NCBI GenBank assembly: GCA_964472095.1
Contig: CAYYIV010000022.1
Location: 4,314 to 68,313, forward strand
Source: an uncultured Pelagibius sp.
Lineage (GTDB): Bacteria; Pseudomonadota; Alphaproteobacteria; Kiloniellales; Kiloniellaceae
Direction of reading: 5' to 3'
DNA: 64,000 nt
Below the pieces are notes generated by a model. That model saw only the letters and a list, made by a program, of their open reading frames with translations. It was not told the DNA's origin and searched no databases. The position numbers and the translations under genes are program-made. The stretch's first letter is position 1. Each line of letters opens with the position of its first letter. This document shows, piece after piece, positions 38,560 to 48,686 of the stretch.

Positions 38560-39486
38560 CTAGGCGCGCAACAGCGCCGGCACCACCCACCAGTCCCGAT
38601 GTTGGAGCGCCACCGCGGCCGCCGCGGCGTGCGCAGCCGACTCGTTTTCGAAGAGCCCGAAGCAGGTCGCTCCGCTGCCGGACATCCGAGCCAAGAGGCA
38701 GTCGGGCATCGCATTCAAGTCCGCCAGAACCGCCGCCACCGCCGGCGCGAGCCGGCAAGCCGGGGGCTCCAGGTCGTTGCCACGGACGGTCAGCCAGTCG
38801 ATGAAGGCCGCGAGACCGAGCGGCGGCAGGCGCGGCTCGGCAACCTGCGAGAAGGCGCCTTGGCGTTCCGCAAAGACCGCCGGCGTCGAGACCGCCACGC
38901 CGGGGTTCACCAGCAGCAGCCAGAGCGGCGGCAAGGCGGGCACCGGTTGCAGCACTTCGCCGATGCCCGACATCACCGCGGCTCCTCCCCGCAGGCAGAC
39001 CGGCACGTCGGCGCCGAGGGAAAGGGCCAGTGCTTCCAGCTCCGCCGGCGGCAGATCGAGCCGCCACAGGCGCGCAAGGCCGCGCAGCGTCGCCGCGGCG
39101 TCGGCTGAACCGCCGCCGATGCCGGAGGCGACGGGCAGGTTCTTGGTGAGAGTCAGGACAGCACCGGCCGGAGCGCCGGTGTGCGCCGCCAGCACCTGCG
39201 CCGCGCGCAGTACCAGGTTGTCGCCGGCACCGTCGAGAGCGGTAGCGAAGGGCCCCTCCACCGTCAAGGTCAGCGCGCCGGATTTCTCCAGCTGCAGCCG
39301 ATCGCCGACGTCGGCGAAGGCCACCAGGCTTTCGAGCTCATGATAGCCGTTTGCCCGGCGTCCGGTGACCTGCAGGGTGAGATTGATCTTGGCCCAGGCC
39401 TGCTCGCTGCAGGGCACGGCAATATCGATGGCATTGCTATCTGACACGGCCGACCGCTGCGCAGAGTGAGAAGGAGACGGCGCCAC
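38560..39486 (-). CDS. ispE: 4-(cytidine 5'-diphospho)-2-C-methyl-D-erythritol kinase
   Basis: [25 protein letters not shown] and [23 protein letters not shown] are the GHMP kinase motifs. Confidence 0.9.
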   Translation of the reverse strand: MAPSPSHSAQRSAVSDSNAIDIAVPCSEQAWAKINLTLQVTGRRANGYHELESLVAFADVGDRLQLEKSGALTLTVEGPFATALDGAGDNLVLRAAQVLAAHTGAPAGAVLTLTKNLPVASGIGGGSADAAATLRGLARLWRLDLPPAELEALALSLGADVPVCLRGGAAVMSGIGEVLQPVPALPPLWLLLVNPGVAVSTPAVFAERQGAFSQVAEPRLPPLGLAAFIDWLTVRGNDLEPPACRLAPAVAAVLADLNAMPDCLLARMSGSGATCFGLFENESAAHAAAAAVALQHRDWWVVPALLRA

Positions 39487-39508
39487 TTCAAGGGTACCGC
39501 TGGCTTAC

Positions 39509-41368
39509 CTAGATGTCCTCTGGCGGCACCGACATACCCTGCTTGATCTTCTTCTCGATGTCCGGCACGACATCTTCTTCCGGATCGAGGCTGAGGGCCC
39601 GGTGCCACTGGAAGCGCGCCTCGTTCTTGCGGCCGACCTGCCAGAGCGCATCACCGAGATGATCGTTGATGGTCGGATCCTGCGGCCGCAACTCGACGGC
39701 ACGCTCGAGCTGCACCACCGCCTCGTCATAGCGGCCGAGGCGATAGTAGACCCAGCCCAGGCTGTCGACGATGTAGCCGTCGCGCGGACGCAGCTTCACC
39801 GCACGCTCCAGCATGGCCTCCGCCTCTTCGAGGTTCTGCTTCTTCTCGACCCAGGAATAGGCGAGGTAGTTCATCACATAGGGCTGTTCCGGCTGCAGGC
39901 CGAGAGCGTGCTTGAAGTCCGCCTCTGCGCGCTCCCACTGATCGGAACGCTCCAGCGCGATGCCGCGGAAGTAGAGCAGCGACCAGTGGCGCGGCTCGAT
40001 CTCGCCCTGCTGTTCCAGGCGCTCGACGGCGGCGTCGTAAGCTTCCACCGCCTCTGCGAAACGCTCCTCGATGCGCAGCAGGTTGCCCTTGCGCGACAGC
40101 GGCTCATAGGCATCCGGCCGCTCGGCGGCGAGGCGGTCGAGCTCGGCGAGCGCCCTGTCGGTCTCGCCCAGCTCCTGCAGTTCGTCGGCGATGCGCAGAC
40201 GCACGATCCAGCTGAAGGGCGAGCCTTCCGGCACCGCCCGGTAGGCGGCGATGGCCTCTTGGCTGCGCCCCAGCTTCTGCAGGATCTCGCCGAGCAGAAC
40301 CTGCGCCAGGATGAAGTCCGGCTTCAGCGCCAGCGCTTGCTGCAAGTGGACGAGGGCCGCGTCGTCGGCCTGCTCCTGGCTCAACAGACCGGCGAGATTG
40401 AACAGCACCTCGGCCATGCCATCGGTGGCGCTGGCAACCTCGGCAGGACTTTCGCCGCCCTGTTCCGCACGCTCCAGCATCGGTACCAGGATGTCGGATC
40501 CCGGCGCGCTGTCGACGTATTCGCGGTAGAGCGCGATCGCCCTGTCGCGCTGGCCATGCCGCTCGAAGAAGCTGCCCGCCAGCCAAGTGATGCGCAGCGT
40601 CGGCCGCGTGGTTTTCGTCAGCAGGTTCTCGTATTCCTGCCCCGCCAGGTCGCTGCGGCCGGCGACCTCGTTGATGAGGGCCGCGTGCAGGCCGTGCAGC
40701 ACGGCAGTACCGCCGTCGCCTTGCAGCAGCACCGAGAGCGCCTGGAGGCCGCCGTCAGCGTCGGCCTGCCCGGTCTTCAGCCAGGCATTCAGCATCGGCA
40801 ACAGCACCTGGTCGAAACCGCGCCCCGGCAGGACGGCAAGCCGCGCCTCAGCTCCCTTGAGGTCGCCCTGGCGGGCTGCCTCCACCGCCGTCACCAGGAC
40901 GGCCAGGCTGTGCTGCGGTTCCCGCTCGAGGACGCGCGCGGCCAGCGACACGGTCTCTTCGCGGCGGCCGGTGGCCGCTGCCAGGGTGAGGGCGGGATAG
41001 AGCAGTTCCGGATTATCCGGGTCGTAGCGCAGTGCCTGCAGCATGTACGCGGCGGCCGCATCGAGGTCACCGTCGCTTTGCGCCACCAGGCCGGCCAGAT
41101 AGGCCCCATAGGGCGAGGAGATCGGCGGTGCCGCCCCCTGTGGCTTCAACTGCCCCTCGGCGAGCTGCGCCAGGAGGCCGCCGCCACGCGCCGGGGGCTC
41201 CGCACTGCAGGCGCTGGGCATGAAACCTACTGCCAGGGCAAAGAACAGCGCCCTGGACCAGGCGGTCCGGCGCGAGAGCAACGCTGTGTTCGACAAATCA
41301 ATCTCCCAGCGGTTTCGCTGCGATGCGGCCGGCGGGGAGGCCGGCGCAGACCCACGGTGGATCCGCAC
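39509..41368 (-). CDS. Tetratricopeptide repeat (TPR) protein, exported
   Basis: It has multiple TPR units, e.g. YVMNYLAYSWVEKKQNLEEAEAMLERAVKLRPRDGYIVDSLGWVYYRLGRYDEAVVQLERAVEL. It sits directly upstream of ispE, as in many alphaproteobacteria. The start codon is uncertain. Confidence 0.8.
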   Translation of the reverse strand: MRIHRGSAPASPPAASQRNRWEIDLSNTALLSRRTAWSRALFFALAVGFMPSACSAEPPARGGGLLAQLAEGQLKPQGAAPPISSPYGAYLAGLVAQSDGDLDAAAAYMLQALRYDPDNPELLYPALTLAAATGRREETVSLAARVLEREPQHSLAVLVTAVEAARQGDLKGAEARLAVLPGRGFDQVLLPMLNAWLKTGQADADGGLQALSVLLQGDGGTAVLHGLHAALINEVAGRSDLAGQEYENLLTKTTRPTLRITWLAGSFFERHGQRDRAIALYREYVDSAPGSDILVPMLERAEQGGESPAEVASATDGMAEVLFNLAGLLSQEQADDAALVHLQQALALKPDFILAQVLLGEILQKLGRSQEAIAAYRAVPEGSPFSWIVRLRIADELQELGETDRALAELDRLAAERPDAYEPLSRKGNLLRIEERFAEAVEAYDAAVERLEQQGEIEPRHWSLLYFRGIALERSDQWERAEADFKHALGLQPEQPYVMNYLAYSWVEKKQNLEEAEAMLERAVKLRPRDGYIVDSLGWVYYRLGRYDEAVVQLERAVELRPQDPTINDHLGDALWQVGRKNEARFQWHRALSLDPEEDVVPDIEKKIKQGMSVPPEDI

Positions 41369-41533
41369 AGTGTAGCCGACCGCTCCAAGGCGTCACAATG
41401 ACCAGCTTGGCACCCGAGAGCCCTTCGGAGGTCAAGCTTTTGAGCCTTTCCGGCGGAGCGCCCCGGTGACGCTACCCGACTAACATGGCGCTGGCGGCCC
41501 GCCATGCAAGGCGCCGTGCCCCGGCCTGGCCGT

Positions 41534-43195
41534 TCACATGTTGGGGTAATTGGGGCCGCCGCCGCCTTCCGGCGTGACCCAGACGATATTCTGGGTCGGG
41601 TCCTTGATATCGCAGGTTTTGCAGTGGACGCAGTTTTGCGCGTTGATCTGCAGGCGCGGCTGATGGCCCGCCTCCTGCACGATCTCGTAGACGCCGGCCG
41701 GGCAGTAACGCTGCGCCGGCTCGTCGTAGAGCTTCAGATTGTGCGCCACCGGGATGGCGGGATCCTTCAGCGTCAGGTGGACCGGCTGGTCCTCCTCGTG
41801 GTTGGTGTTGGAGATAAACACCGAGGACAGCTTGTCGAAGGTGATGACGCCGTCGGGCTTCGGATAGTCGATCTTCGGCATCGCGGCGGCCGGCTTCAGG
41901 CACTCGTGATCGGCGTGCCTGTGATGCAGGGTCCAGGGCGCACGGCCACCGAGAACCTTGAGGTCGAAGCCGCCGTAGAGCATGGCGCCATACAGGCCCC
42001 ATTTGCTGAAGGCCGGGCGGAAGTTGCGCGCCTTGTGGAGTTCCTCGTAGACCCAGGAGGATTCGAACTTGCGCGGAAAGGCGGCCAGTTCGGCCGGTGC
42101 CTCGGTTCCTTGCCCGGCAGCGACGGTAATCGCCTCGAAGGCGGCCTCTGCGGCCAGCATGCCGGTCTTCATGGCGTTGTGGCTGCCTTTGATCTTCGGC
42201 ACGTTGAGGAAGCCGGCGGCGCAGCCGATCAGCGCACCGCCGGGAAACACCAGCTTCGGCAGCGATTGCAGGCCGCCCTCGTTCAGCGCGCGGGCACCGT
42301 AAGATATCCGCTTGCCGCCTTCCAGCATCGGGCGGATCGCCGGATGGGTCTTGAAGCGCTGCATTTCCTCGAAGGGCGCGAGGTGCGGGTTGTCGTAGTC
42401 GAGGCCGATCACGTAGCCGACATAAGCCTGGTTGTTCTCCAGGTGATAGATGAAGGAGCCGCCCCAGGTGGTGGTGTTCATCGGCCAGCCGGCGGTATGA
42501 ATCACGGTGCCGGGCTTGTGTTTTGCGGGATCGAGTTCCCAGAGCTCCTTGATGCCGATGCCGTAGGTCTGCGGGTCGGCGCCCTGGCGCAGACCGAAGC
42601 GGGATTCGATCTGCCGGGTCAGCGAGCCGCGGCAGCCCTCGCCGAGGAAGGTGTAGCGGCCATGCAGTTCCATGCCGGGCTGGTAGCTGTCCTTGTGGGA
42701 GCCGTCGCGCGCCACGCCCAGGTCGCCGGTGGCCACGCCCTTCACCCGGCCGTCCTCGTGATAGAGCACTTCGGCGGCGGCAAAGCCTGGATAGATCTCC
42801 GCGCCCAGCGCCTCGGCCTGCTCGGCCAGCCAACGGCAGACGTTGCCGAGCGAAACCACGTAGTTGCCGTGGTTGTGCATCTGCGGCGGCAGCATCCACA
42901 CCGGCACCGAGGTGCTGCCCTGCTCCGACAGCAGCAGGAACTTCTCCTCGTCGACGGCTGCGTGCAGGGGTGCCCCTCTGTCCTGCCAGTCCGGGATCAG
43001 CTCGTTGAGGGCGCGCGGCTCCAGCACCGCGCCTGAGAGAATGTGGGCGCCGACCTCCGAACCCTTCTCGAGAATGCAGACGCTGACCTCCTTGCCGCTT
43101 TCGACGGAGAGCTGGCGCAACCGGATGGCCGCCGCCAGGCCGGCGGGACCGGCACCGACGATGACCACGTCGTATTCCATGAATTCGCGTTCCAA
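41534..43195 (-). CDS. Electron-transfer flavoprotein:ubiquinone oxidoreductase
   Basis: YDVVIVGAGPAGLAAAIRL is the FAD motif. A C-terminal ferredoxin-like CPAGVYE...NCVHCKTCDIKDP and a final WVTPEGGGGPNYPNM are also present. Confidence 0.93.
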   Translation of the reverse strand: MEREFMEYDVVIVGAGPAGLAAAIRLRQLSVESGKEVSVCILEKGSEVGAHILSGAVLEPRALNELIPDWQDRGAPLHAAVDEEKFLLLSEQGSTSVPVWMLPPQMHNHGNYVVSLGNVCRWLAEQAEALGAEIYPGFAAAEVLYHEDGRVKGVATGDLGVARDGSHKDSYQPGMELHGRYTFLGEGCRGSLTRQIESRFGLRQGADPQTYGIGIKELWELDPAKHKPGTVIHTAGWPMNTTTWGGSFIYHLENNQAYVGYVIGLDYDNPHLAPFEEMQRFKTHPAIRPMLEGGKRISYGARALNEGGLQSLPKLVFPGGALIGCAAGFLNVPKIKGSHNAMKTGMLAAEAAFEAITVAAGQGTEAPAELAAFPRKFESSWVYEELHKARNFRPAFSKWGLYGAMLYGGFDLKVLGGRAPWTLHHRHADHECLKPAAAMPKIDYPKPDGVITFDKLSSVFISNTNHEEDQPVHLTLKDPAIPVAHNLKLYDEPAQRYCPAGVYEIVQEAGHQPRLQINAQNCVHCKTCDIKDPTQNIVWVTPEGGGGPNYPNM

Positions 43196-43376
43196 GATCC
43201 CTCTCTGCCTTTCTCAAGCCGGTGCTTTGTTGCCGGCGCCGCCGCGCCTGGGCACCGACCTACATAGTACAGCCGGCCCCCCGGGGCCAAGCCCAGCAGC
43301 CGCGCCGCCATTTCGTCTGGGACCGTCCTTTTTTACCCGGAACGGCTGGTAAATTACCCAAATTTTCACCTTTGCC

Positions 43377-43898
43377 ATGCAAGATAGCGGTGTAGGAGAC
43401 CGCAAACGCATGGTTGCACAGGAAGTCCAGGACTACGGCGACGAACCGGCCCGCGAGAACACCCCGAGCGAGCTGGACGAGCTGACGCATGCCGAGATGT
43501 GCATGCTCTACCGCGAGTCGGCCGATTCCATCCGCTTTGCCAAGGCACACCAGTGGAAGTCGCTCGGCGCGACGCTGCTGGTCTTCGCCGGCATGATGGC
43601 CCTGGGCCGGCTTGACGCCAGCAACGTCACGCTGACCAACCTGATCATCGCCTTCAGCTTCATGAGCAGCAGCGGCGTCATCTACATACTGGTGCTCTAT
43701 CAAGTGTGGCAGAACACCGAGCGTGAGAAGCTGCGCGACATCTCCAGCCACTTCTCCAGCTTCTCCCAGTTCACGCGGGCGATCAAATCCTCGCGCGAGG
43801 CCAACGTCCACCGCTACACGCTGCTGATCTTCATGATCATTGCGATCCTGATCGGCAATGTACTGCTGGTGATGACCGTCTCGCCGCTCTATCGCTGA
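43377..43898 (+). CDS. Hypothetical three-TM membrane protein
   Basis: An acidic N-terminus is followed by the TM segments LGATLLVFAGMMALG, LIIAFSFMSSSGVIYILVLY and LLIFMIIAILIGNVLLVMTV. I recognise no family. Third-codon positions are still G/C-rich, so it looks like a native gene. The start is uncertain, as several in-frame Met codons exist. Confidence 0.5.
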   Translation: MQDSGVGDRKRMVAQEVQDYGDEPARENTPSELDELTHAEMCMLYRESADSIRFAKAHQWKSLGATLLVFAGMMALGRLDASNVTLTNLIIAFSFMSSSGVIYILVLYQVWQNTEREKLRDISSHFSSFSQFTRAIKSSREANVHRYTLLIFMIIAILIGNVLLVMTVSPLYR

Positions 43899-43963
43899 GC
43901 CGCCGGCCGGCTTTCGGCCATCCCCGCTTTCTGAAGCCGCCACGCCGGTGATAAGCTGGCGCG

Positions 43964-44851
43964 ATGATCAGCGCTGAACATGACCGCGCGCTCCTCGAGG
44001 CCCTGCGCTGGCAGATCGAGGCCGGCGCCGACGAGGCCATCGGCACGCAGCCGCTGGACCGCACGGCCGTTCCGCCGACTGCACCGGCGCACGCCACCGG
44101 CGGCCTGGAGGAAGCACCGGCCAAAGCGCTGCCCGCCGCGGTACCGGCCAAGCCGGTGCCGGACGATCGGACGGTCGCGGCCCGTCCGCCGGCCAGCCTC
44201 GCCTCGGCCAGCGAGACCCAGGCCTCGGCCCAGCGCCTCGCCGCCGGCGCCAACAGCATCGCGGAAATCCGCCAGGCCCTGGAGGCCTTCGACGGCTGCC
44301 CCCTGAAGGCGACGGCAACCAACCTCTGCCTCTTCGACGGCAACCCCGGCGCCCGAATTATGATCGTCGGCGAGGCCCCGGGCGCCCAGGAAGACCGGCA
44401 GGGGAAGCCTTTCGTCGGCCCTGCCGGCCAGCTGCTCGATCGGATGCTGGCGGCCATCGGCCTCGACCGCGAGCAGGTCTACATCACCAACCTGCTGTAC
44501 TGGCGCCCGCCCGGGAACCGCAACCCGACGCCGGGGGAGATCGCGTCCTGTCTGCCCTTTCTGGAGCGCCAGATCGAGATCCTGCAGCCCAAGCTGCTGC
44601 TGCTGGTCGGCGGCATGTCGGCCAAGACCCTGTTGAACCGCAGCGAGGGCATCCTGAAGCTGCGCGGCCGCTGGGCCGATTACCACCACCCGCGCCTGCC
44701 ACATCCGATCCCCGCCCTGCCGACCCTGCACCCGGCCTACCTGCTGCGCCAGCCCGCCCAGAAGCGCGAAGCCTGGCGCGACCTGCTGGCCTTCGCCGAG
44801 GCCATGGAGCGGGAAGGCAGTGGTCGCACGGCGACCAAGCCGGCCGGCTGA
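43964..44851 (+). CDS. Uracil-DNA glycosylase, family 4
   Basis: [46 protein letters not shown] and HPAYLLR are present, with the N-terminal extension typical of alphaproteobacterial members. Confidence 0.88.
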   Translation: MISAEHDRALLEALRWQIEAGADEAIGTQPLDRTAVPPTAPAHATGGLEEAPAKALPAAVPAKPVPDDRTVAARPPASLASASETQASAQRLAAGANSIAEIRQALEAFDGCPLKATATNLCLFDGNPGARIMIVGEAPGAQEDRQGKPFVGPAGQLLDRMLAAIGLDREQVYITNLLYWRPPGNRNPTPGEIASCLPFLERQIEILQPKLLLLVGGMSAKTLLNRSEGILKLRGRWADYHHPRLPHPIPALPTLHPAYLLRQPAQKREAWRDLLAFAEAMEREGSGRTATKPAG

Positions 44852-44931
44852 AGCCTTATCCACAGGCCGGGCGCCGGCCGGTCGAGCAAATCCCCCTCAA
44901 GTGCCGCCAAATTGCCGCTCAAATGGCTTAT

Positions 44932-44947
44932 TTAACGCCGACTTAAC
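44932..44947. promoter_or_regulatory. Perfect CtrA box TTAA-N7-TTAAC
   Basis: TTAACGCCGACTTAAC lies 60 nt upstream of the transglycosylase ATG (45007). A GANTC site (GAGTC, 44950-44954) follows 3 nt later. Confidence 0.6.
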
Positions 44948-45006
44948 CCGAGTCATGGCCTTCTTGGGGCGATAGTTGCAGCGCCGAGAACACTTGGTTA
45001 GGGTCG

Positions 45007-46953
45007 ATGAACGAAGCGGGGGTCGCATTGCAATCCAGGAATTGCGCCCGGCAACGGGCCGTACGCCTTCAACGGAAGGCGCGGATAGCGCTTGTTGCGC
45101 TTGCCGCGGGCTTTGGCGCCATCGTCATCGGCAGCGCCACGCCGCTGGCCCCGGCCGCCCGCGCCCAGGTGCTGCAGCCCCAGGATCTGCAGCCCAGCAG
45201 TAGCGTCCTGCAGAGCAACCTGCCCGACACTCCGCAGGCGATGCCGGCCGGACCGGACGGACTGCCCACCGTGCTGACCCCGCGCGACGCCGATCTTTAC
45301 CGCCGCATCTTCGCGGTGCAGGAAGAGGGCCACTGGCAGGAGGCCGACCGCCTCATCGCCGGGCTCTCCGACAAGCGCCTGCTGGGCCACGTGCTGGCGC
45401 AGCGCTATCTGCATCCCACGGCCTACCGTTCCAAGTACGTCGAGCTGAAGGAGTGGATGGACAGCTACGCCGACCATCCCGAGGCGAAGCGCATCTACAA
45501 TCTCGCCGTGAAGCGCCGCCCGGCCAACTATCGCCGGCCGCAGCCGCCGGTCACCGCCGGCAGCGCCGCCTGGGCTGGCCAGCGGGCAAGCTATGACTAC
45601 GCGTCGCCGCGGCAGCGCTCCAAGGCAACACGCAGCAAGGTCACCCGCCTGCTGCGCCAGGTGCGCCTCAACGTGATGCGCCAGCGTTTCTCGACGACCG
45701 AGAACCTGCTCGCCCAGCGCTCCGTACAGGAGCTGCTCGACCCGGTCGAGCTCGACGAGGCCCGCGCCCTTGTCGCCGCCGGCTGGTTTTACTACGGCGA
45801 GCCGGCGCGCGCCTACGCGCTGGCGGCACCCGCTGCGCAGCGTTCCGGGCGCGAAGCACCCATGATCAACTGGATCGCCGGCCTGGCCGCCTGGCGCCTC
45901 GGCGCACTCGACGAGGCCGCGGTCTACTTCGAGACCCTTGCCTATGCCGACAACGTGGCCGGTTGGAATGCCGCCGCCGGTGCCTTCTGGGCCGCGCGGG
46001 CGCACCTGAAGCAGCAGCGGCCGGATCGCAGCAGCCCCTTGCTGCGCCGCGCCGCCGACTATCCGCGTACCTTCTACGGCCTGCTGGCGCGGCGCAGCCT
46101 CGGCATGCCCTTCGACTTCGATTTCGGCGGCCAGCACCTGGCGCCGCGGACCGTCGCGCAACTGAACAACAGTCCGGCGGGTGCCCGCGCGCTGGCCCTG
46201 CTGCAGGTCGGCGACCGCGAGCGGGCCGAAGAAGAGCTGGTCGGCGCCGGCGACTGGAGCAACCCGGAAATCAGCGAGGCCCTGCTGGCGCTGGCGCAGC
46301 ACGCCAGGATGCCGGCCCTGGCCTACCGCATGGGCAGCCAGCTGACGCGCGCCGGCAGTGAAAGCGACGCCATCGGTGGCACCGTCGATGCGGCGCTCTA
46401 CCCGATCCCGCCGTGGCAGCCGGAGAGCGGCTTCACCGTCGACCGCGCCCTGATCTACGCACTGATGCGCCAGGAGTCCGGTTTCAACACCCGGGCCATG
46501 AGCCCGGACGGCGCCCGCGGCCTGATGCAGCTGATGCCCCGCACGGCCAGCTATATCGGCGACCGCCGCTACCACGGCAGGGGCGAACACGAACTCTTCG
46601 AACCGGGCCTCAACATGGAGCTGGGCCAGCGTTACATCGCCTATCTCCTGGTCCATCAGCGCGTCCAGGGCGACCTCTTCCGCCTGACCACCGCCTACAA
46701 CGGCGGCCCGGGCAACCTCGGCAAGTGGGAGCGCACCATCAACGCCGAGGACGATCCCTTGCTCTTCATCGCGGCCCTGCCCTCGAAGGAGACACGCCTC
46801 TTCATCGAGCGCGTGCTGACCAACCTGTGGATCTACCGCCAGCGCCTCGGCCAGCCGATACCGTCGCTCGAACATCTTGCAGGCGGCGACTGGCCGCGCT
46901 ACGAAGCCTTGGACGGAACCCGTTCCGAGGTCGCGCTCAATGGCTCGAATTGA
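45007..46953 (+). CDS. Lytic transglycosylase domain protein (Slt70-like)
   Basis: It has a signal peptide, a superhelical N-terminal region, and the SLT catalytic block ALMRQESGFNTRAMSPDGARGLMQLMP...AYNGGPGN. Confidence 0.88.
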   Translation: MNEAGVALQSRNCARQRAVRLQRKARIALVALAAGFGAIVIGSATPLAPAARAQVLQPQDLQPSSSVLQSNLPDTPQAMPAGPDGLPTVLTPRDADLYRRIFAVQEEGHWQEADRLIAGLSDKRLLGHVLAQRYLHPTAYRSKYVELKEWMDSYADHPEAKRIYNLAVKRRPANYRRPQPPVTAGSAAWAGQRASYDYASPRQRSKATRSKVTRLLRQVRLNVMRQRFSTTENLLAQRSVQELLDPVELDEARALVAAGWFYYGEPARAYALAAPAAQRSGREAPMINWIAGLAAWRLGALDEAAVYFETLAYADNVAGWNAAAGAFWAARAHLKQQRPDRSSPLLRRAADYPRTFYGLLARRSLGMPFDFDFGGQHLAPRTVAQLNNSPAGARALALLQVGDRERAEEELVGAGDWSNPEISEALLALAQHARMPALAYRMGSQLTRAGSESDAIGGTVDAALYPIPPWQPESGFTVDRALIYALMRQESGFNTRAMSPDGARGLMQLMPRTASYIGDRRYHGRGEHELFEPGLNMELGQRYIAYLLVHQRVQGDLFRLTTAYNGGPGNLGKWERTINAEDDPLLFIAALPSKETRLFIERVLTNLWIYRQRLGQPIPSLEHLAGGDWPRYEALDGTRSEVALNGSN

Positions 46954-47485
46954 CGAGAAACTTCCCTTTCTGCCCGTCAACATCGCTGTTCTGACCATCT
47001 CCGACACCCGGACTCTCGCCGACGACAAGTCCGGCGACCGCCTGGTGGAGATGATCACCGCCGACGGCCACAAGGTGATCCACCGCGCGATCGTGACCGA
47101 CGACCGTGACGACATCGTCTCCGCGCTGAAGAACCACATCGCCAATCCCGAGGTCGACTGCATCATCACCACCGGCGGCACCGGCGTGACCGGGCGCGAC
47201 GTCACGCCGGAGGCCTTCAGGCTGGTGATGGAAAAGGAGATCGAGGGCTTCGGCGAGCTGTTTCGCATGCTGAGCTACCAGAAGGTCGGCACCTCCACCA
47301 TGCAGAGCCGCGCCATCGGCGGTGTCGCCGACGGCACCTACCTCTTCGCACTGCCCGGTTCCCCCTCCGCCTGCAAGGACGGCTGGGAGGACATCCTGAA
47401 ATACCAGCTCGACTCGCGCCACCGCCCCTGCAACCTGGTCGAGCTGATGCCGCGCCTCAAAGAGCATTTGAAGGCGGCGAGCTGA
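46940..47485 (+). CDS. moaB: Molybdenum cofactor biosynthesis protein B
   Basis: VLTISDTR...DKSGD...IITTGGTGVTGRDVTPEA...LPGSPSACKDGW is the MoaB/MogA fold. The ATG at 46940 overlaps the upstream gene by 14 nt. Confidence 0.88.
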   Translation: MARIDEKLPFLPVNIAVLTISDTRTLADDKSGDRLVEMITADGHKVIHRAIVTDDRDDIVSALKNHIANPEVDCIITTGGTGVTGRDVTPEAFRLVMEKEIEGFGELFRMLSYQKVGTSTMQSRAIGGVADGTYLFALPGSPSACKDGWEDILKYQLDSRHRPCNLVELMPRLKEHLKAAS

Positions 47486-47629
47486 CCGGCAGCACTTGAA
47501 GTCGGAACCCAACCGCCACACGAAAAGTTCATCGGCCAATTCACTTTTCCCCTTTGAAAGGGAGGACGTGATTCCGATCTACTGCGGAACGCAAGGTCCT
47601 TCCCGTACGCCGGCTGCGAGGAGTCAACG

Positions 47630-48325
47630 ATGAGCGAAGCCCGCATCACCGTGCCAGACTACGAGGCTATTCCGCTGCCCGACCGGCGCCACTTCGGCGA
47701 TGCCGAGATGCGCGAGCGGGCCGAGCACTTCCTGGCCGAGATGAAGACGCGGCACACGGTGCGCGACTTCGCGCCCACGCCCGTGGCGCGCGAAGTGATC
47801 GAGACCTGCCTGACAGCGGCCGGTCTGGCGCCGAGCGGCGCCAACCACCAGCCCTGGCACTTCGTCGCGGTCGGCGATCCCGCCGTGAAGCGGCGCATCC
47901 GCTTGGCAGCGGAGGCCGAGGAGAAGGCTTTCTATGCCGGCAAGGCCGGCGAAGAGTGGCTGAGCGACCTGACACCGCTGGGTACCGACGCCGACAAACC
48001 CTTCCTCGAAATCGCGCCCTGGCTGATCGTCATCTTCGCCGAGCGCTACCGCATCGAGGCGAATCGCAAGATCGGCAAGAACTACTACATCGGCGAATCG
48101 GTTGGCATCGCGACGGGCATGCTGATCACCGCGCTGCACTGCGCCGGGCTCGCCACGCTCACCCACACGCCGAACCCGATGCGCTTTCTCAACGAGATCT
48201 GCGGCCGGCCGGAAAACGAGAAGCCCTACATGATCCTGGTGGCCGGCCACGCGGCCGAGGGCGCCACAGTGCCCCGCCACGCCAAGGTAAAGAAGCCGCT
48301 GGGAGCGATCGCGACCTTCCTCTGA
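47630..48325 (+). CDS. Nitroreductase family protein (iodotyrosine-deiodinase-like subgroup)
   Basis: [12 protein letters not shown]...[15 protein letters not shown]...[10 protein letters not shown] is present, with GAGGAG upstream. Confidence 0.8.
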   Translation: MSEARITVPDYEAIPLPDRRHFGDAEMRERAEHFLAEMKTRHTVRDFAPTPVAREVIETCLTAAGLAPSGANHQPWHFVAVGDPAVKRRIRLAAEAEEKAFYAGKAGEEWLSDLTPLGTDADKPFLEIAPWLIVIFAERYRIEANRKIGKNYYIGESVGIATGMLITALHCAGLATLTHTPNPMRFLNEICGRPENEKPYMILVAGHAAEGATVPRHAKVKKPLGAIATFL

Positions 48326-48331
48326 CCGGCA

Positions 48332-48631
48332 CTAGCGCGCCGCCAGCACGGCATCCAAGAGGCCGGGGAACAGCCGGTCGAGCTCTTCGCGGCGCAGCTC
48401 GTTCATGTGGGCTGCGCCGTCGGTGCGCGTACGGACCACGCCGGCATCGCGCAACACCCGAAAGTGATGCGACATGCTGGACTTGGGCCGGCCGCAGTCC
48501 AGCGCCGTGCAGGTCGCCTCGCCCTCGCGCTCGAGCTGGCGCACCACGTCCAGGCGCACCGGATCGCTGAGCGCGTGCAGCACCCGCGTCAGCTCGATCT
48601 CCCCGGCTTTCGGATGGCGCAGCGCCCGCAT
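48332..48631 (-). CDS. ArsR/SmtB family transcriptional regulator
   Basis: LHALSDPVRLDVVRQL...SSMSHHFRVLRDAGVV is a winged HTH. I prefer the ATG at 48629-48631 over the TTG at 48649. Confidence 0.85.
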   Translation of the reverse strand: MRALRHPKAGEIELTRVLHALSDPVRLDVVRQLEREGEATCTALDCGRPKSSMSHHFRVLRDAGVVRTRTDGAAHMNELRREELDRLFPGLLDAVLAAR

Positions 48632-48668
48632 CCCTTGAACTCCCGTCAAGTCGCTCCATATTTCGAAT

Positions 48669-48686
48669 GTTCGATATTTATCGAAC
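48669..48686. promoter_or_regulatory. Candidate ArsR-type operator, 8-2-8 perfect inverted repeat
   Basis: GTTCGATA-TT-TATCGAAC is flanked by further TTCGAA / TACGAA half-site-like copies (48662-48695). It lies in the AT-rich divergent region between the ArsR regulator and the OYE gene. Confidence 0.5.

Noticed and set aside
41485-41508. The inverted repeat CATGGCG-N9-CGCCATG downstream of the ETF-QO gene as an intrinsic terminator.
   Set aside because: The stem is short and no U-tract follows on the transcribed strand, so the evidence is insufficient.
43377-43898. The lower-GC membrane protein gene as horizontally acquired, or as a SLATT-like defence effector.
   Set aside because: Third-codon positions are G/C-rich like the host genes, there are no flanking repeats or partner genes, and the resemblance to SLATT/DUF4231 is only a vague impression of topology.
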